This document shows, one piece after another, positions 46,801 through 57,438 of a stretch of DNA of 64,000 nucleotides. The stretch lies in NCBI GenBank assembly GCA_002451695.1, contig DKDC01000001.1:19961-83960 (forward strand). The letters are read 5' to 3'. Position 1 is the first letter of the stretch. Each line of letters begins with the position of its first letter. The DNA is from Prevotellaceae bacterium UBA6858 (lineage in GTDB: Bacteria; Bacteroidota; Bacteroidia; Bacteroidales; Bacteroidaceae). The translations under genes were made by a program, and so were the position numbers. The notes beneath the pieces are model-generated. The model made no database searches, was not told the DNA's origin, and saw nothing but the letters and a program-made list of their open reading frames with translations.

Positions 46801-49800
46801 TTGCAGGTTCAGATTGCCCTTTGCCGCCCAACCGCCCTTGTTGGTGTAGTGCTGTAGGCGCAGTTCGTTTACCCAGACCTCCACGTTGGAAACCTGGCGC
46901 GAGTTGTTGCGCACGCCGATCATCATGGTGTGTATCTCGCCAAGCGAGGGATTGCCCACAACAGTTATCTTGTTCTTGGGGCGGTCGGTGTCGTAGGACG
47001 AGAACTGCTGCGAAAACGATGCCTGCCCCGCACTTTTTTGCCTGTTGCGCTCGCGCTTCAAGTCGGTGAACTTGGCAAGGTTTATGTCGAGCATATTCTC
47101 CTCGGGCCACACAATGCGCCGCGCCGAAGTGGAATATCTGTCGTATTGTCCCTCTTCGGTTAGCTTCAAAGGTATCTCGTATTCATAGAAATTGCTCTTG
47201 TAGTCAGACCCCAGACGTATGAAAAGCGAAGTGGCGCCATCGGCAAGCGTCTTGTCGCCCACAAGGGCGTTTGCGTGCACGAACATCTGGATATGCTTGT
47301 ACTTGCGCAGGTCGAGCGAAATGTTTTTGTAAACTGCGCGTGCATCGCCGCTTGCAAGGTTCTTTATCACGAGCTGCAACGCCTGTTCGTTCTGCTCAAG
47401 AAGCTGCGACTCGTTCGGGTCAACCACACGCGATATGCCGGGAGGGATAACATAGTTCACAGGTTTTTTTTCGTTGTTCTCCTCGTAGTTCACCGCCGCC
47501 ACATCCATTGTGCCGCTCACCGCGGGAGCCTGACCGTTGTAAAGGTTCTGCTCGTAGCTTCTCCATTCGCCGCGTGAAAGTTCGAGGGTGGCGAAACGCA
47601 GCACAACCGGCTTCTCAAAGTTTGTGAGGTACATCCTCATAAACCTTATGCTGTTGAAGTCGCTTATATTGCCGACTTTGCTTGTGTAACTCTTAATGGG
47701 GACACGGAAAAGATACCACGAAACATTTGCCTTGCTGCCGTTGCGCAACGAAACAGCAGCCGTTCTCTGGTCAACGATATTGTTCTGCCCCACCTGCATT
47801 CCGTCGGGGGAAAGGTGCATCTTGTACTGAAAGTATTTCTCGTATTCGTTAAGAGTGTAGTCCTGGTTTATGTCCTCTACGTCTGGCGTGGACTTGAAAG
47901 CCGTGGCGTACCGCTCGGGAGAGTCCTTGGATTCCGGCGAATTGCCCTCAGGACCATTTATGTGCTTGTAGCGGTCGAGAATGGAAGTCTTGTTCCTGTC
48001 AAAATCCGAACCGCGGAAATAATGATAGTCGTCCCCTGCCGGATCAGCGGCTATGGAGTCATAAACCGCAGCGTTCACCTTGGCGCGTACCTCGTCAAGA
48101 TAGCTTTTATAAGTGGGAAACGTCGCCTCGTCCGCACTTGAAAGTCCGTTAAGCCCGATGTCCTGTCTGTCGCGTGCACCGCTGCTCGTGTTAAAGGCAT
48201 AGGTTACGCTGTTTTGCACAGGCACACGTCCCCAAGCCGTCTCCGTGTATTTTGAGGCATCACCGTCGATGGGCATTCCGCTCTCGTAGAATTTCTTTCC
48301 GTCCTTAAGTATGTCCTCGCTGACCTCGCCGAGATTTATGCAAAGGTCGCCCGAATAATCCCCAGTCTGCTCGCGAGTGTAAATAAACGGGTCCATCATC
48401 CAGAACTCCACGTACTCAATGTTCGCCTGTTCAAAGTCGCTCGTGTTGAGCTTGCGCATCATGCCTCCCCAATGGCTGCGCGGATTTGCGAGGTTGCCGT
48501 TTTCGTCAAGGTCGGGATTGAGATTGTACGGGCCGCGTTCGTTCGGGTAATAAGCAAGGTTGAGCACGGAAAGCGTGGAGCTTTCGCCAAAACGCTGTTC
48601 CTTGTTCGGGAATAACTCGCGGTTGTAAACCTCCCTCACGTAGTGGTTGGAAAGCTGGTCAAGGTCGCTCTTAATATGACTCGGAGTGAGCGAGGAACTG
48701 CGCCGGGTGAAAAGCGGGTCAATCTTGTACCATGCCAGCAGCGAGCGGTTGTAGCCATAGCGCACATCGTTGCTAAGCCGGCTTTCGGGGAACTCTGACG
48801 GAGTGGAGGCAAGTTGCCAGTCTGTGGGCGTGCTTATGTCTATTTTACTTTGCGTCTGCTCAAAGTCGTCAATATAAGAAGAGTTGCCCTGCGAGCCTTT
48901 GTTGTTGCCAGCCATAAGCTGTGCGAACTCCGCCGAAAAGTTTATGCTCGAGGGCTTGTCGAGCGACAGGAAAGGCAGCTTGTCAAGCATATCGGTAAGC
49001 CACTGGCTTTGTTTTTTCCAGTTAAGGCTCACGCCCCACACCGTGTTGTTGAGCGGTTCGCTTCCCATTGAAACTTTTGTTGTCAGAGGCTGTTCCGAAA
49101 GGTGCATTAAAGTTCCGCCGAGACGGAAATCCTTGTTAAACTCATATTCCCAGTTCAATCCCAAAAGCGTCTTGCGCTCAAGGCCGTAGTCGGTGTTGCT
49201 CTCAAGGCTCACGTTCACCGGCGTGCCGGCATCAAGAATGCTCTGGTTTATTATCGCCACCGTACCCTCGCTGTAGTTCACGGTATAGTCCACTCCCTCG
49301 GTTAGTGTTATGCCTCCGGCAGTAACCACCACGCTTCCCTGCGGCACATCAGTAGCACCGAGACTAATCTCGCCGCTTTTCTGCGAAGCCTTGAACTGTC
49401 CGGAAATGATATACTTGTTTTTCTCCGCAATCTGCCGTGCCACTGTTTTGGTGGAGTCATAAAGTTCCTGGAAGCAATATTTGTCGGCCACGGCCCCGCT
49501 TCCTATCTTTCCTCTCAGGAACTGCCCGAAAGGCTCTGCCGCCGGGAAGAATATGCGCCCAGTCGAAGCGTCAATGGTGTATCCGTCAACAAAGTCGAAA
49601 TAGCCGTTGGGATTGGCTTTGTTGTTATTGTCAAGTCTGTCGAGGTTCATAAGGCGCACAAGCGGCGTGTTCTTAAGTCCCGGTTCGGGCAGGTAAGTGA
49701 GGTAAACGCCGGTGGTGTCGCTCAAAATCTTCACGTCAAGGCGGAAGCGGTCTTTCTGCACCCTTGTGGCGTTGAGCGAGTAAACGTTCTTCATCATCAG

Positions 49801-51336
49801 CTTCCAGTTTGGCATCGCCGGCACATTCGACGTGTTCTTTATTGCCTTCACGAACAACGCCTGCGTGTTGTCCTTCACATCGGTGGAAAACTCTCCCACC
49901 TGAAAGTTCTGCCCGCGATAAGTGTATTCGTATGCTACGGCAAGCACTTGGTCGGTCTGCAAGGCTGACTTCAGCGAGATGTACCCCAGAGCATTGTTCA
50001 CCGTATATTCCGAAGAGCTAAGCATACGTGCGCTCTCCAACTTCTCATAGTCCGTGCCGCCCGCAAAGTTACCTATTCCGTCGAGCGTGGACGAAGTTTG
50101 GCTTATGTCTCTTGCGGCGGCATAGCTTCCGGTTATCGTGGCGTAAAGGGTGTTCGAGGTGTTCTGCGGCTGCTCCTGCCCGTTACCGCTCCACAAGGCG
50201 TTGCCAATATGGCGGCTTTCGCCAAGGTCGGCAAAAGCCACGATGTTGCGCGTGTTACTTGTTGCACCGGTTTTGTTTGTTACCCACACCTCAACACGGT
50301 TAATCTTTATGCCCGATGTGATATTGGGCAACTGCGCCATTGAGCGGTCGTAATTGTCGCGGAAAAAGTGCGAAAGGAAAAAGTGGCGGTTCTCCTCATA
50401 GTCGGCAGCCGAAATCTCAAAGGGCGTAAGCTGGTTGCCGCCGCTCGACTTCACCGACGAGCTTGACGAGTTCTTGCGCGAGATCACGCTTTGCAGCTTC
50501 AGTTTGCCGAACTGCATATCGGCCCTCACGCCAAACAATGACGACGCGCCCCTGACCAACGACACGTTAGACGGCATAGACACGTTGCCGGCTTCGAGCA
50601 GCTTCACAATCTCGTCCTCCTTGCCTTGGTATGTCAGCTTCAGGTCTTTCGAGTCAACATCGAATGTGGCTTCTGTGTTATAGTTCAGCGTCATGTCCAT
50701 TTTGTCGCCAATCCTTCCGTTCACGCTAAGGTTAACCTTTTCGTCAAAGTCAAAGCCGAAAGTCTTGCGGAAACGCAGCGGCAGCGTGGGGTTGTCAACA
50801 CTCGTGGTGTTCGCCCCGATTTTCAGCTCTGCCGAACCCTGCGTTTTAATCTGCACGCCGCCCGGACCGAAAATCTTCTCCGCCGGACCGAGGCTGAAGT
50901 GCATATCGGTGAAGTCGAACTTTTCCTTTCCCTCGTTCTTGAAAAGCTCGCTGTTTTTGCTTGCATAGTATTTCTGCATCGACTGCCTCAGGCTCCAGCG
51001 CATATATTCGTCCCGCGTGAGCAGCACAGGAGTGTTAAGGTAAGAGTCGCCAATCTTAGTGCCAAGGCGGTAGCCGCCGCTTTCGTCAAGCTCCGCCTCT
51101 TCCTTCATGTTCTTGGGAGTGGCGAGGTCAACGGGGCGTTTTCTTATGTCGTCCTCATTCTGCGGCGAAGTCTTGCTCACATTTGCGCGTATGCGCCCCA
51201 CGCTGTCGCCCGCCTCCACGGCGTTCTGGGCTTCAGCCCCAACGCCGAAGCCGGCAAATGCCGCCAAAAGCAGCACGCACCTTAACAGCATATTGCGAAA
51301 CAACGTCCTTTCCACACCTTTTTCCTTCAAGAACAA
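43876..51336 (-). CDS. sprA: T9SS translocon / gliding-motility protein SprA (2486 aa)
   Basis: Giant beta-barrel-type protein with a signal peptide, immediately downstream of ruvA (the conserved Bacteroidetes arrangement). Size and composition match SprA. Confidence 0.88.
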   Translation of the reverse strand: MFLKEKGVERTLFRNMLLRCVLLLAAFAGFGVGAEAQNAVEAGDSVGRIRANVSKTSPQNEDDIRKRPVDLATPKNMKEEAELDESGGYRLGTKIGDSYLNTPVLLTRDEYMRWSLRQSMQKYYASKNSELFKNEGKEKFDFTDMHFSLGPAEKIFGPGGVQIKTQGSAELKIGANTTSVDNPTLPLRFRKTFGFDFDEKVNLSVNGRIGDKMDMTLNYNTEATFDVDSKDLKLTYQGKEDEIVKLLEAGNVSMPSNVSLVRGASSLFGVRADMQFGKLKLQSVISRKNSSSSSVKSSGGNQLTPFEISAADYEENRHFFLSHFFRDNYDRSMAQLPNITSGIKINRVEVWVTNKTGATSNTRNIVAFADLGESRHIGNALWSGNGQEQPQNTSNTLYATITGSYAAARDISQTSSTLDGIGNFAGGTDYEKLESARMLSSSEYTVNNALGYISLKSALQTDQVLAVAYEYTYRGQNFQVGEFSTDVKDNTQALFVKAIKNTSNVPAMPNWKLMMKNVYSLNATRVQKDRFRLDVKILSDTTGVYLTYLPEPGLKNTPLVRLMNLDRLDNNNKANPNGYFDFVDGYTIDASTGRIFFPAAEPFGQFLRGKIGSGAVADKYCFQELYDSTKTVARQIAEKNKYIISGQFKASQKSGEISLGATDVPQGSVVVTAGGITLTEGVDYTVNYSEGTVAIINQSILDAGTPVNVSLESNTDYGLERKTLLGLNWEYEFNKDFRLGGTLMHLSEQPLTTKVSMGSEPLNNTVWGVSLNWKKQSQWLTDMLDKLPFLSLDKPSSINFSAEFAQLMAGNNKGSQGNSSYIDDFEQTQSKIDISTPTDWQLASTPSEFPESRLSNDVRYGYNRSLLAWYKIDPLFTRRSSSLTPSHIKSDLDQLSNHYVREVYNRELFPNKEQRFGESSTLSVLNLAYYPNERGPYNLNPDLDENGNLANPRSHWGGMMRKLNTSDFEQANIEYVEFWMMDPFIYTREQTGDYSGDLCINLGEVSEDILKDGKKFYESGMPIDGDASKYTETAWGRVPVQNSVTYAFNTSSGARDRQDIGLNGLSSADEATFPTYKSYLDEVRAKVNAAVYDSIAADPAGDDYHYFRGSDFDRNKTSILDRYKHINGPEGNSPESKDSPERYATAFKSTPDVEDINQDYTLNEYEKYFQYKMHLSPDGMQVGQNNIVDQRTAAVSLRNGSKANVSWYLFRVPIKSYTSKVGNISDFNSIRFMRMYLTNFEKPVVLRFATLELSRGEWRSYEQNLYNGQAPAVSGTMDVAAVNYEENNEKKPVNYVIPPGISRVVDPNESQLLEQNEQALQLVIKNLASGDARAVYKNISLDLRKYKHIQMFVHANALVGDKTLADGATSLFIRLGSDYKSNFYEYEIPLKLTEEGQYDRYSTSARRIVWPEENMLDINLAKFTDLKRERNRQKSAGQASFSQQFSSYDTDRPKNKITVVGNPSLGEIHTMMIGVRNNSRQVSNVEVWVNELRLQHYTNKGGWAAKGNLNLQLSDLGTFNFGGHIETDGFGGVEDRVDQRRDDNLYEYDMSMNVDLGRFLPEKIKFKAPLYYSYSKEKVKPKYNPLDTDMEMDDAIDALTTKHERDSLRRICETTETNSNFSLSNVKFNISTKSHPMPYDPANFSFSYSHSHKQSEGQTIVWEKDDSWKLSGNYSYSPNFKSLAPFAKMKSNSPWLKLLKDEKINFAPQNLSINSDITRSYYELKERDMQQLENSSLPLTWASDFFWNRRFNLQWDFTSNIHTSFSSGTNAEIEQPNVPVNKSLYPNEYEAWKDSVWRSVKHFGTPLTYQQSFDFSWKIPLNKIPAFNWVTPDFTYRSTYGWNRGTYLEDGSTLGNTINNTRDINGNLRLNMLTLYNNVPFLKKVNRKFASSASNAAKKKDDKDKEENKFFTSEIQLLQDTTVNVAHNRRSKNLRVRAFRQDGTSYPIRYKVVDNNHILVTSRDTAKVKITVSPRSNPENRFWYKALQTTARLAMSVRNISVSYKNTFSMSLPGFLPNIGDMFGQRSAGGLQPGLDFAFGMAGESYISKAQRKGWLLSNDSITTPAATSKNESLQLSATLEPLRDFKIDLTASRTVNKSRSIQYMFDGMPATETGSFNITTISLSSAFASIGSAKNNYENKTFTKFVNSLPLFRNRVEAQYSGSQYPVNSTLAGKTFDPANGTISQYSSDVMIPAFLSAYCGGSKNLGIFPSIARMLPNWRLTYSGLGKLRFMKPIFKTFNVNHSYQSVYSVGSYNTFSSFMKLAGDRGFVNDVSTGNPVPSSMYDISTVSINETFSPFIGFDMTFDNNLTAKIEYNRTRMLSLSLTSQQISEARSNDYVIGVGYKVDDLKIFSPTRRPKRRGGKGRAANSRRKNSEDSESSADDNSSRSSRSSNSGTISNDLNLRLDLSLRNQSSIQRNILTMLSQATSGNKAFKISFSADYTLSKLITLSAYYDRQTNTPLLSSSSYPTTTQDFGVSIKVSLTR

Positions 51337-51339
51337 GTG

Positions 51340-51939
51340 TCAGAGCATCTTCAACGCCCGCTTTATTATCTCCTCCACGGCTATCTCGCCGGCATCGGCC
51401 TTCAATATGGCGTTCACCGCCTTCTGCGCCAGCGGTGCGGGATAGCCGAGCGTGGCGAGTGCGCCCAACGCCTCATCGGCGCTCTCCCGGCGTGCGTAAC
51501 GCTCACCCGCCCCAAGGCTGGCGGATGTCGCGGTGTCTCCTGCGCCAAGTTTGTCCTTCAAATCTACGATTATGCGCTGGGCGGTTTTAAGCCCTATGCC
51601 CTTCACCGACTTCAATGCCCTCGAATCCTCGTTTGCCACCACGTTGCGCAGCTCTCCCGGGGCAAAAGCCGAAAGAATGGTGCGCGCCGTGTTGCCGCCA
51701 ACACCCGACACGGAGAGCAGAGCCTCGAACACCTCGCGCTCCTCACGCGAGGCAAAGCCCCAAAGCACGTACGCGTCCTCCCTTATGCTTTCGTAAACAT
51801 AAAGCCTCACGTCCTTTTTCCCTTTCAGCGAGTCGTATGTGGTCAGCGATATGTTCAGTCCGTAACCCACCCCGCCGGCCTCTACAACCGCCATTGTGGG
51901 GAAAAGCTCCGCCAGTTCGCCGTGAATGTATTCTATCAT
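51340..51939 (-). CDS. ruvA: Holliday junction branch migration complex subunit RuvA
   Basis: MIEYIHGEL...GVGYGLNISL...VSGVGGNTARTILS...KSVKGIGLKTAQRII (HhH motifs). Confidence 0.93.
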   Translation of the reverse strand: MIEYIHGELAELFPTMAVVEAGGVGYGLNISLTTYDSLKGKKDVRLYVYESIREDAYVLWGFASREEREVFEALLSVSGVGGNTARTILSAFAPGELRNVVANEDSRALKSVKGIGLKTAQRIIVDLKDKLGAGDTATSASLGAGERYARRESADEALGALATLGYPAPLAQKAVNAILKADAGEIAVEEIIKRALKML

Positions 51940-52153
51940 CAGTTTTTTCTTTTCTGCATAATAAGACTTAATTTATAACGCACGCTTTTATTACATATTG
52001 CATCCGCAGGGAACATATAACACCAAAAATCCCGCAACACACAGGCATTGCGGGATTAAGTCCTTATAACACGACCGCATTAAAAGCGGAACTTCACGTC
52101 TTTAAGGATAAACGCACCGCCACAAAACACACAATACAATATCATCCAAAGGA

Positions 52154-52320
52154 TTGCGTTGCCGTATGGGCGTATGGCATACGCCCATACAAACGGCGCA
52201 AAACCCCGAAAACTACATCAGACATAAGAAAAACTACGTCCTATGTAGGAAAAACTACATAGGACGTAGGAAAAATTATATCAGACCTTTTTCAGCCCTT
52301 TGCAAACCTTTGAAAAACAA
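52154..52320 (-). repeat. Composite intergenic repeat, copy 10 (reverse orientation, module A + single 48-bp palindrome)
   Basis: Palindrome TTGCGTTGCCGTATGGGCGTATGGCATACGCCCATACAAACGGCGCAA at 52154-52201. Four units at 52204-52287. Flank extends to 52320. Confidence 0.95.
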
Positions 52321-52441
52321 AAACTTACATTTTTACTGTAAAACCAAGGCAAGTTTCTGCAAATCAAAGAATTGCACAACTTTATCCGTGTTGGGTGCAA
52401 TCGGGAACGGCATGGACTTTACGGGTTGCAGGTAACGGCAA

Positions 52442-53158
52442 TCAAAACAGCGGCCACGCATCGGCGAGAGCCTGCATTGAGGGGAACACAAGGTTTGCGC
52501 CCGCATCGCTGAGCGTCTGTGGGGAAAGCGGGCCTGTGTTCACGGCTATGGTGAATATTCCCGCCGCCACGGCAGCCTCAACGCCCAACGGCGCGTTCTC
52601 GACAACCATCGCCTCGTTGGGTTTCAGTCCGCCTTTTTCCAGACCTTTCAGATACGGTTCGGGAAAAGGCTTGCCGTGAACGGTGTCGTGGCTCGAAACA
52701 ACAAGCTCCTTTTTGAAGAAACCGTGATAGCCGTGTTCCAGACGCGAAAGCAGGGACTCCTGTCCGCTGCCCGTTACGACTATTATCTTCAAGCCTTGCG
52801 AGCGCACCTTTTCAAGCAGTTCCCCCGCGCCCGGCATCTTCGGGGCTTCCTCGGTGTAGGAATTGAACAGGCGGCACTTCTCGTCGTATATTTCGCGTTT
52901 CTCCTCCGCCGTGGCGTGCCGCCCCCAAAAGCGTTGGGCGAAAATGTCTATCGTGTCGTCGCCCGTGCGCCCCTCGTGCATATACAGTTCCTCACGGCTT
53001 ATGTTGAGCCCGAACTTTCGGCACACAGCCTCCCACGATTTGGCGTGGCGGGGCATGGAGTCGAACAGCACGCCGTCCATGTCAAACAACACGGCTTTAA
53101 GGTTCAAAGCCTTAAAGCCGTGGTTGCTGAGATATTCGTCAAGTTGCTTCCTGTACAT
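52442..53158 (-). CDS. HAD-superfamily hydrolase (beta-phosphoglucomutase-like subfamily IA)
   Basis: Motif I VLFDMDGVLFDS. C-terminal ...VVENAPLGVEAAVAAG.... Confidence 0.8.
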   Translation of the reverse strand: MYRKQLDEYLSNHGFKALNLKAVLFDMDGVLFDSMPRHAKSWEAVCRKFGLNISREELYMHEGRTGDDTIDIFAQRFWGRHATAEEKREIYDEKCRLFNSYTEEAPKMPGAGELLEKVRSQGLKIIVVTGSGQESLLSRLEHGYHGFFKKELVVSSHDTVHGKPFPEPYLKGLEKGGLKPNEAMVVENAPLGVEAAVAAGIFTIAVNTGPLSPQTLSDAGANLVFPSMQALADAWPLF

Positions 53159-53160
53159 GG

Positions 53161-54513
53161 TTACTCCTTGTCAAGACGGGCGCGGATGGCTTCGCTCTCC
53201 TTTTCGTAGCCAGGCTTGTTGAGCAGGGCGAACATATTCTTTTTGTAAGCCTCAACGCCCGGCTGGTTGAATGGGTTGACACCGATGATGTTGCCGCTCA
53301 CGCCGCACGCACGCTCGAAGAAGTAGATGAGCTGCCCTATGTAACGCTCCGAGAGTTTCGGAACGATTACGCGGATGTTTGGCACACCGCCGTCAACATG
53401 GGCAAGGCGCGTGCCGAGCTCCGCCATTTTGTTCACCTCGTCAACCCTGCGGCCCTCGAGGAAGTTAAGCCCGTCAAGGTTTTCGTCATCATGGGGGAAC
53501 AACACCTTGTGGTCAACCTCCTCGACGCTCAACACGGTCTCGAAGATTGAACGCTCGCCTTCCTGAATCCACTGTCCCATTGAATGGAGGTCGGTGGTGA
53601 AGTCAACCGAAGCGGGGAAAATTCCCTTGTTGTCCTTGCCCTCGCTCTCGCCGTAGAGCTGCTTCCACCACTCCGCCATATAGTGGAGCTTGGGTTGGAA
53701 GTCGGCAAGAATTTCTATTTTCTTGCCCTCGCTGTAGAGCGCGTTGCGCACTGCCGCATACTGAAGGCAGATGTTCTGTTCGAAAGGCACGTCAGCCGCT
53801 GCGGCTTTCTCGATGTCGCACGCGCCTGCCACGAGTTCGTCAATGTCGAACCCTGCACACGCAATGGGAAGGAGGCCCACCGGGGTGAGCACCGAGAAGC
53901 GCCCGCCCACGTTGTCGGGAATGACGAACGAGGTGTAGCCCTCCTTGTCGGCTGTTGTACGCGCCGCGCCCTTGTGTGCGTCGGTTATGGCGACAATCAC
54001 CTTGCGTGCGGTGTCCTTTCCCATCTGGTCCTCGCACTGCTTTTTGAGCAGACGGAACGTGAGTGCGGTTTCTGTGGTCGTACCCGACTTGGATATGTTG
54101 ATTACACCGAATTTCTTGTCCTTCAGATATTCGGTGAGTTCAAAAAGATAGTCCTCGCTAATGCTGTTGCCGGCAAAAAGCACTGTGGGGTTCTTCTTGT
54201 CGTTCACAAGCCATGAAAGGGTGTTTGAGAGAGCCTCGATAACAGCCCTTGCGCCAAGATAGCTGCCGCCGATGCCTGCAACGACAATGGTGTCGCACTC
54301 CTTGCGGAGCGTTGCGGCGCAGTCCTTGATAGCCTTCAGGTCTGCCTGGCTTATCGACGAGGGCAGGTGAAGCCAGCCGAGAAAGTCATTGCCCGGGCAA
54401 GTTCCTGCCTCAAGCTCTTTCTGGGCCTCAACAGCCTTGTTCTGCATTTCGGCAAGAGTGGAACCCTTGACGAACTGGCTTGCCTTTGAAAAATCCAAAC
54501 TGATAGTTTTCAT
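53161..54513 (-). CDS. pgi: Glucose-6-phosphate isomerase
   Basis: [25 protein letters not shown] and GGRFSVLT are PGI signatures. Confidence 0.93.
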   Translation of the reverse strand: MKTISLDFSKASQFVKGSTLAEMQNKAVEAQKELEAGTCPGNDFLGWLHLPSSISQADLKAIKDCAATLRKECDTIVVAGIGGSYLGARAVIEALSNTLSWLVNDKKNPTVLFAGNSISEDYLFELTEYLKDKKFGVINISKSGTTTETALTFRLLKKQCEDQMGKDTARKVIVAITDAHKGAARTTADKEGYTSFVIPDNVGGRFSVLTPVGLLPIACAGFDIDELVAGACDIEKAAAADVPFEQNICLQYAAVRNALYSEGKKIEILADFQPKLHYMAEWWKQLYGESEGKDNKGIFPASVDFTTDLHSMGQWIQEGERSIFETVLSVEEVDHKVLFPHDDENLDGLNFLEGRRVDEVNKMAELGTRLAHVDGGVPNIRVIVPKLSERYIGQLIYFFERACGVSGNIIGVNPFNQPGVEAYKKNMFALLNKPGYEKESEAIRARLDKE

Positions 54514-54541
54514 ATCACTTCTATGTTTTGTTGTTTTATGT

Positions 54542-55537
54542 TCATCTTAAAGAGTCGGTGAGCAGACCTATCTCGAGCGCGGGCGACACATGGTTGTAAA
54601 GTATGTCGTAAACCGCGTAGAGTATCGGCATGTTCACCCCGAACTGGCGGTTTATTATATAAAGGCATTTGGTGCCGTAATATCCCTCCGCCACCATTTC
54701 CATTTCAATCTGTGCGCTTTTCACGCTGTAGCCCTTGCCAATCATCGTGCCGAACTCGCGGTTGCGGCTGAAATTGGAATAGCCCGTAACAAGCAGGTCG
54801 CCGAGGTAGGCAGTTGCGTAAACGTCGCGGCTTATCGGGTAAACGGCTTTCAGGAAACGGTTCATTTCCTTCACGGCATTGGATATGAGCACCGCCTGGA
54901 AGTTGTCGCCGTAGCCAAGTCCCTTGCAGATGCCGGCGGCTATGGCATAGACATTCTTAAGCACTGCGGCATACTCTATGCCCACCACATCGGTGTTTAC
55001 GGATGTCTTTATGTAGGAGCTCGAAAGGAAGCCGGCAAGCGCACGTCCCAGCTTTTTGTCAATGCAGCCTATGGTGAGGTACGTGAGCCGCCCGAGGGCG
55101 ACCTCCTCTGCGTGGCTCGGTCCGCTGATCACCGCAAGCTGGTCGTCGGGTACGTTGTATATCTGGCGGAAATACTCGGTAACGACCAAATCTTCGTCAG
55201 GGACAATTCCCTTTATGGCAGTAACCACAAACTTGTTGACAAGCGGGGTCTTCAGTTTCTTCAGACTGCTCTTGAGATAGGGCGACGGGGTTACGAAAAT
55301 AACCGTGTCGCTTTTGGAAACGACCTCGTTTATGTCGCTGCTGAAGTTTATCGCTTCAACGTCAAACTTTGCCATCGTAAGATAGTGGGGATTATGCCCG
55401 AGACGCTTAAATTCGCCGATGGTCTCCTTTGAGCGCACAAACCAGTTGAGCGCACCGCAATTCTCCATTATTATCTTGGCGATTGCAGTGGCCCAGCTTC
55501 CGCTGCCCACAAGCCCTATCCTTCCGCAGTCTGACAT
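54542..55537 (-). CDS. gpsA: NAD(P)H-dependent glycerol-3-phosphate dehydrogenase
   Basis: [16 protein letters not shown]ossmann motif. ...[20 protein letters not shown].... Confidence 0.9.
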   Translation of the reverse strand: MSDCGRIGLVGSGSWATAIAKIIMENCGALNWFVRSKETIGEFKRLGHNPHYLTMAKFDVEAINFSSDINEVVSKSDTVIFVTPSPYLKSSLKKLKTPLVNKFVVTAIKGIVPDEDLVVTEYFRQIYNVPDDQLAVISGPSHAEEVALGRLTYLTIGCIDKKLGRALAGFLSSSYIKTSVNTDVVGIEYAAVLKNVYAIAAGICKGLGYGDNFQAVLISNAVKEMNRFLKAVYPISRDVYATAYLGDLLVTGYSNFSRNREFGTMIGKGYSVKSAQIEMEMVAEGYYGTKCLYIINRQFGVNMPILYAVYDILYNHVSPALEIGLLTDSLR

Positions 55538-55565
55538 TATTTATATTGCGTAAGCCCCAAGTTTT

Positions 55566-57296
55566 TCAAACAAGCTTTGCGGTCCACGCCGCCACTTCGT
55601 CAACCGATGGCCTTACGGTGGAGAGTTTGTATTTCTTGATTATCTCGCCTATCTGCATCTGTATTTTCTGCGGATTAACGTCCTTCATGTCAGCAACCGT
55701 GTTGTAACCAGCTTTCTGAAGAATGGGGACAATTTCCTCCGCCACGCCGAGAGCCGTGTATTTGTCGGCGGAATCGCGCTGCGGCTTTGCCTCGGGACGC
55801 ATTTGGGGGAACAGCAGAACTTCCTGAATTGTTGTCTTGCCCGTCATGAGCATCACGAGTCGGTCTATGCCTATGCCGATGCCGCTTGTGGGGGGCATTC
55901 CGTACTGCAGGGCGCGCAGGAAGTCCTGATCAATGACCATTGCCTCGTCATCGCCCTTGTCGGCAAGGCGCATCTGCTCCTTGAAGCGTTCCTCCTGGTC
56001 TATCGGGTCGTTAAGCTCGGAGTAGGCGTTTGCAAGCTCTTTTCCGTTTACCATAAGCTCGAACCTTTCGGTAAGCCCCGCCTTTGAGCGGTGCATTTTG
56101 GTGAGCGGCGACATTTCCACGGGATAGTCGGTGATGAACGTGGGCTGTATGTAAGTGCCCTCGCAGAACTCGCCGAAAATCTCGTCTATCATCTTGCCCT
56201 TGCCATAGGTTTCGTCAACCTCCTCGAGGTTGAGTTTTTTGCAAACTTCGCGTATTTCGTCCTCGCTCTTGCCTTCGAGGTCGTAGCCGGTTTTCTCCTT
56301 TATCGCCTCAAGGATGGGCAGACGGCGGTAAGGTGCTTTGAAGCTCACAATATTGCCGTCGATTTCGCGCTCGGGCTTGCCGTTGACCGCGATGCAGACC
56401 TTTTCGAGCAGCTTTTCGGTGAACGACATCATCCAATTGTAGTCCTTGTAGGCTATATAAAACTCAAGGCACGTGAACTCCGGATTGTGGTTGCGGTCCA
56501 TGCCTTCGTTGCGGAAATTCTTGCCAATCTCGTAAACCCCCTCAAAGCCGCCCACGATGAGACGCTTCAAGTAAAGTTCGGTGGCTATACGCATATACAT
56601 ATCCACATTAAGCGCGTTGTAGTGGGTTATGAACGGGCGCGCGCTCGCGCCGCCGGGAATGCTCTGGAGCGTGGGGGTTTCAACCTCGGTGGCGCCTATG
56701 GCGTTCAGCTCCCTGCGGATTGTGTCTATCACCGCAGCCCTCTGCACGAATGTCTCCTTCACGCCCTTGTTCACTATGAGGTCAACGTAACGCTGCCGGT
56801 AGCGCAATTCGGCGTCGTCAAAGCTGTCGTACGTCTTGCCGTCCTTTTCCTTCACCACAGGAAGCGGCTTGAGGCTCTTCGAGAGAAGCTTCAGCTCCTC
56901 GGCATGAACGGAAATCTCGCCGGTCTGTGTGCGGAACACATAGCCTTTCACTCCCACAAAGTCGCCGAAATCGAGCAGACGCTTGAACACCACGTTGTAC
57001 AGGTCCTTGTCTTCACCGGGGCAGATGCCGTCGCGGGTAACGTAAACCTGCACCCTGCCCTTGGAGTCCTGAAGCTCGATGAAGCTCGCCTTGCCCATTA
57101 TGCGGCGGCTCATCATACGGCCGGCTATGCATACACGGCGCGGATCGGCGTTTTCGTCAAAGTTTTCCTTTATGTCTGTTGAGAAAGCGTCCGTGGGATA
57201 TTCTTCGGCAGGATAAGGGTCAACGCCCAATTTCCTCAGTTCCGCCAAACTCTCGCGGCGGTTGATTTCCTGCTCACTCAAATCTAATACGTTCAT
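55566..57296 (-). CDS. lysS: Lysine--tRNA ligase (class II)
   Basis: Start set at MNVLDLSEQEINRRESL. Class II motifs FRNEGMDRNHNPEFT and GIGIGIDRLVMLMT. Confidence 0.93.
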   Translation of the reverse strand: MNVLDLSEQEINRRESLAELRKLGVDPYPAEEYPTDAFSTDIKENFDENADPRRVCIAGRMMSRRIMGKASFIELQDSKGRVQVYVTRDGICPGEDKDLYNVVFKRLLDFGDFVGVKGYVFRTQTGEISVHAEELKLLSKSLKPLPVVKEKDGKTYDSFDDAELRYRQRYVDLIVNKGVKETFVQRAAVIDTIRRELNAIGATEVETPTLQSIPGGASARPFITHYNALNVDMYMRIATELYLKRLIVGGFEGVYEIGKNFRNEGMDRNHNPEFTCLEFYIAYKDYNWMMSFTEKLLEKVCIAVNGKPEREIDGNIVSFKAPYRRLPILEAIKEKTGYDLEGKSEDEIREVCKKLNLEEVDETYGKGKMIDEIFGEFCEGTYIQPTFITDYPVEMSPLTKMHRSKAGLTERFELMVNGKELANAYSELNDPIDQEERFKEQMRLADKGDDEAMVIDQDFLRALQYGMPPTSGIGIGIDRLVMLMTGKTTIQEVLLFPQMRPEAKPQRDSADKYTALGVAEEIVPILQKAGYNTVADMKDVNPQKIQMQIGEIIKKYKLSTVRPSVDEVAAWTAKLV

Positions 57297-57438
57297 ATTT
57301 GCGCTGTAATGTGATTTTACCTGCAAAATTACTAATTTCTTTCCGATACGCCCCAATTTGGCGGCATTCATCTGACAATTGCCACCGCCGCCCCATGCTC
57401 CTTATGACATATCGCGGGAAGCGCATTTCAAGGGGCAA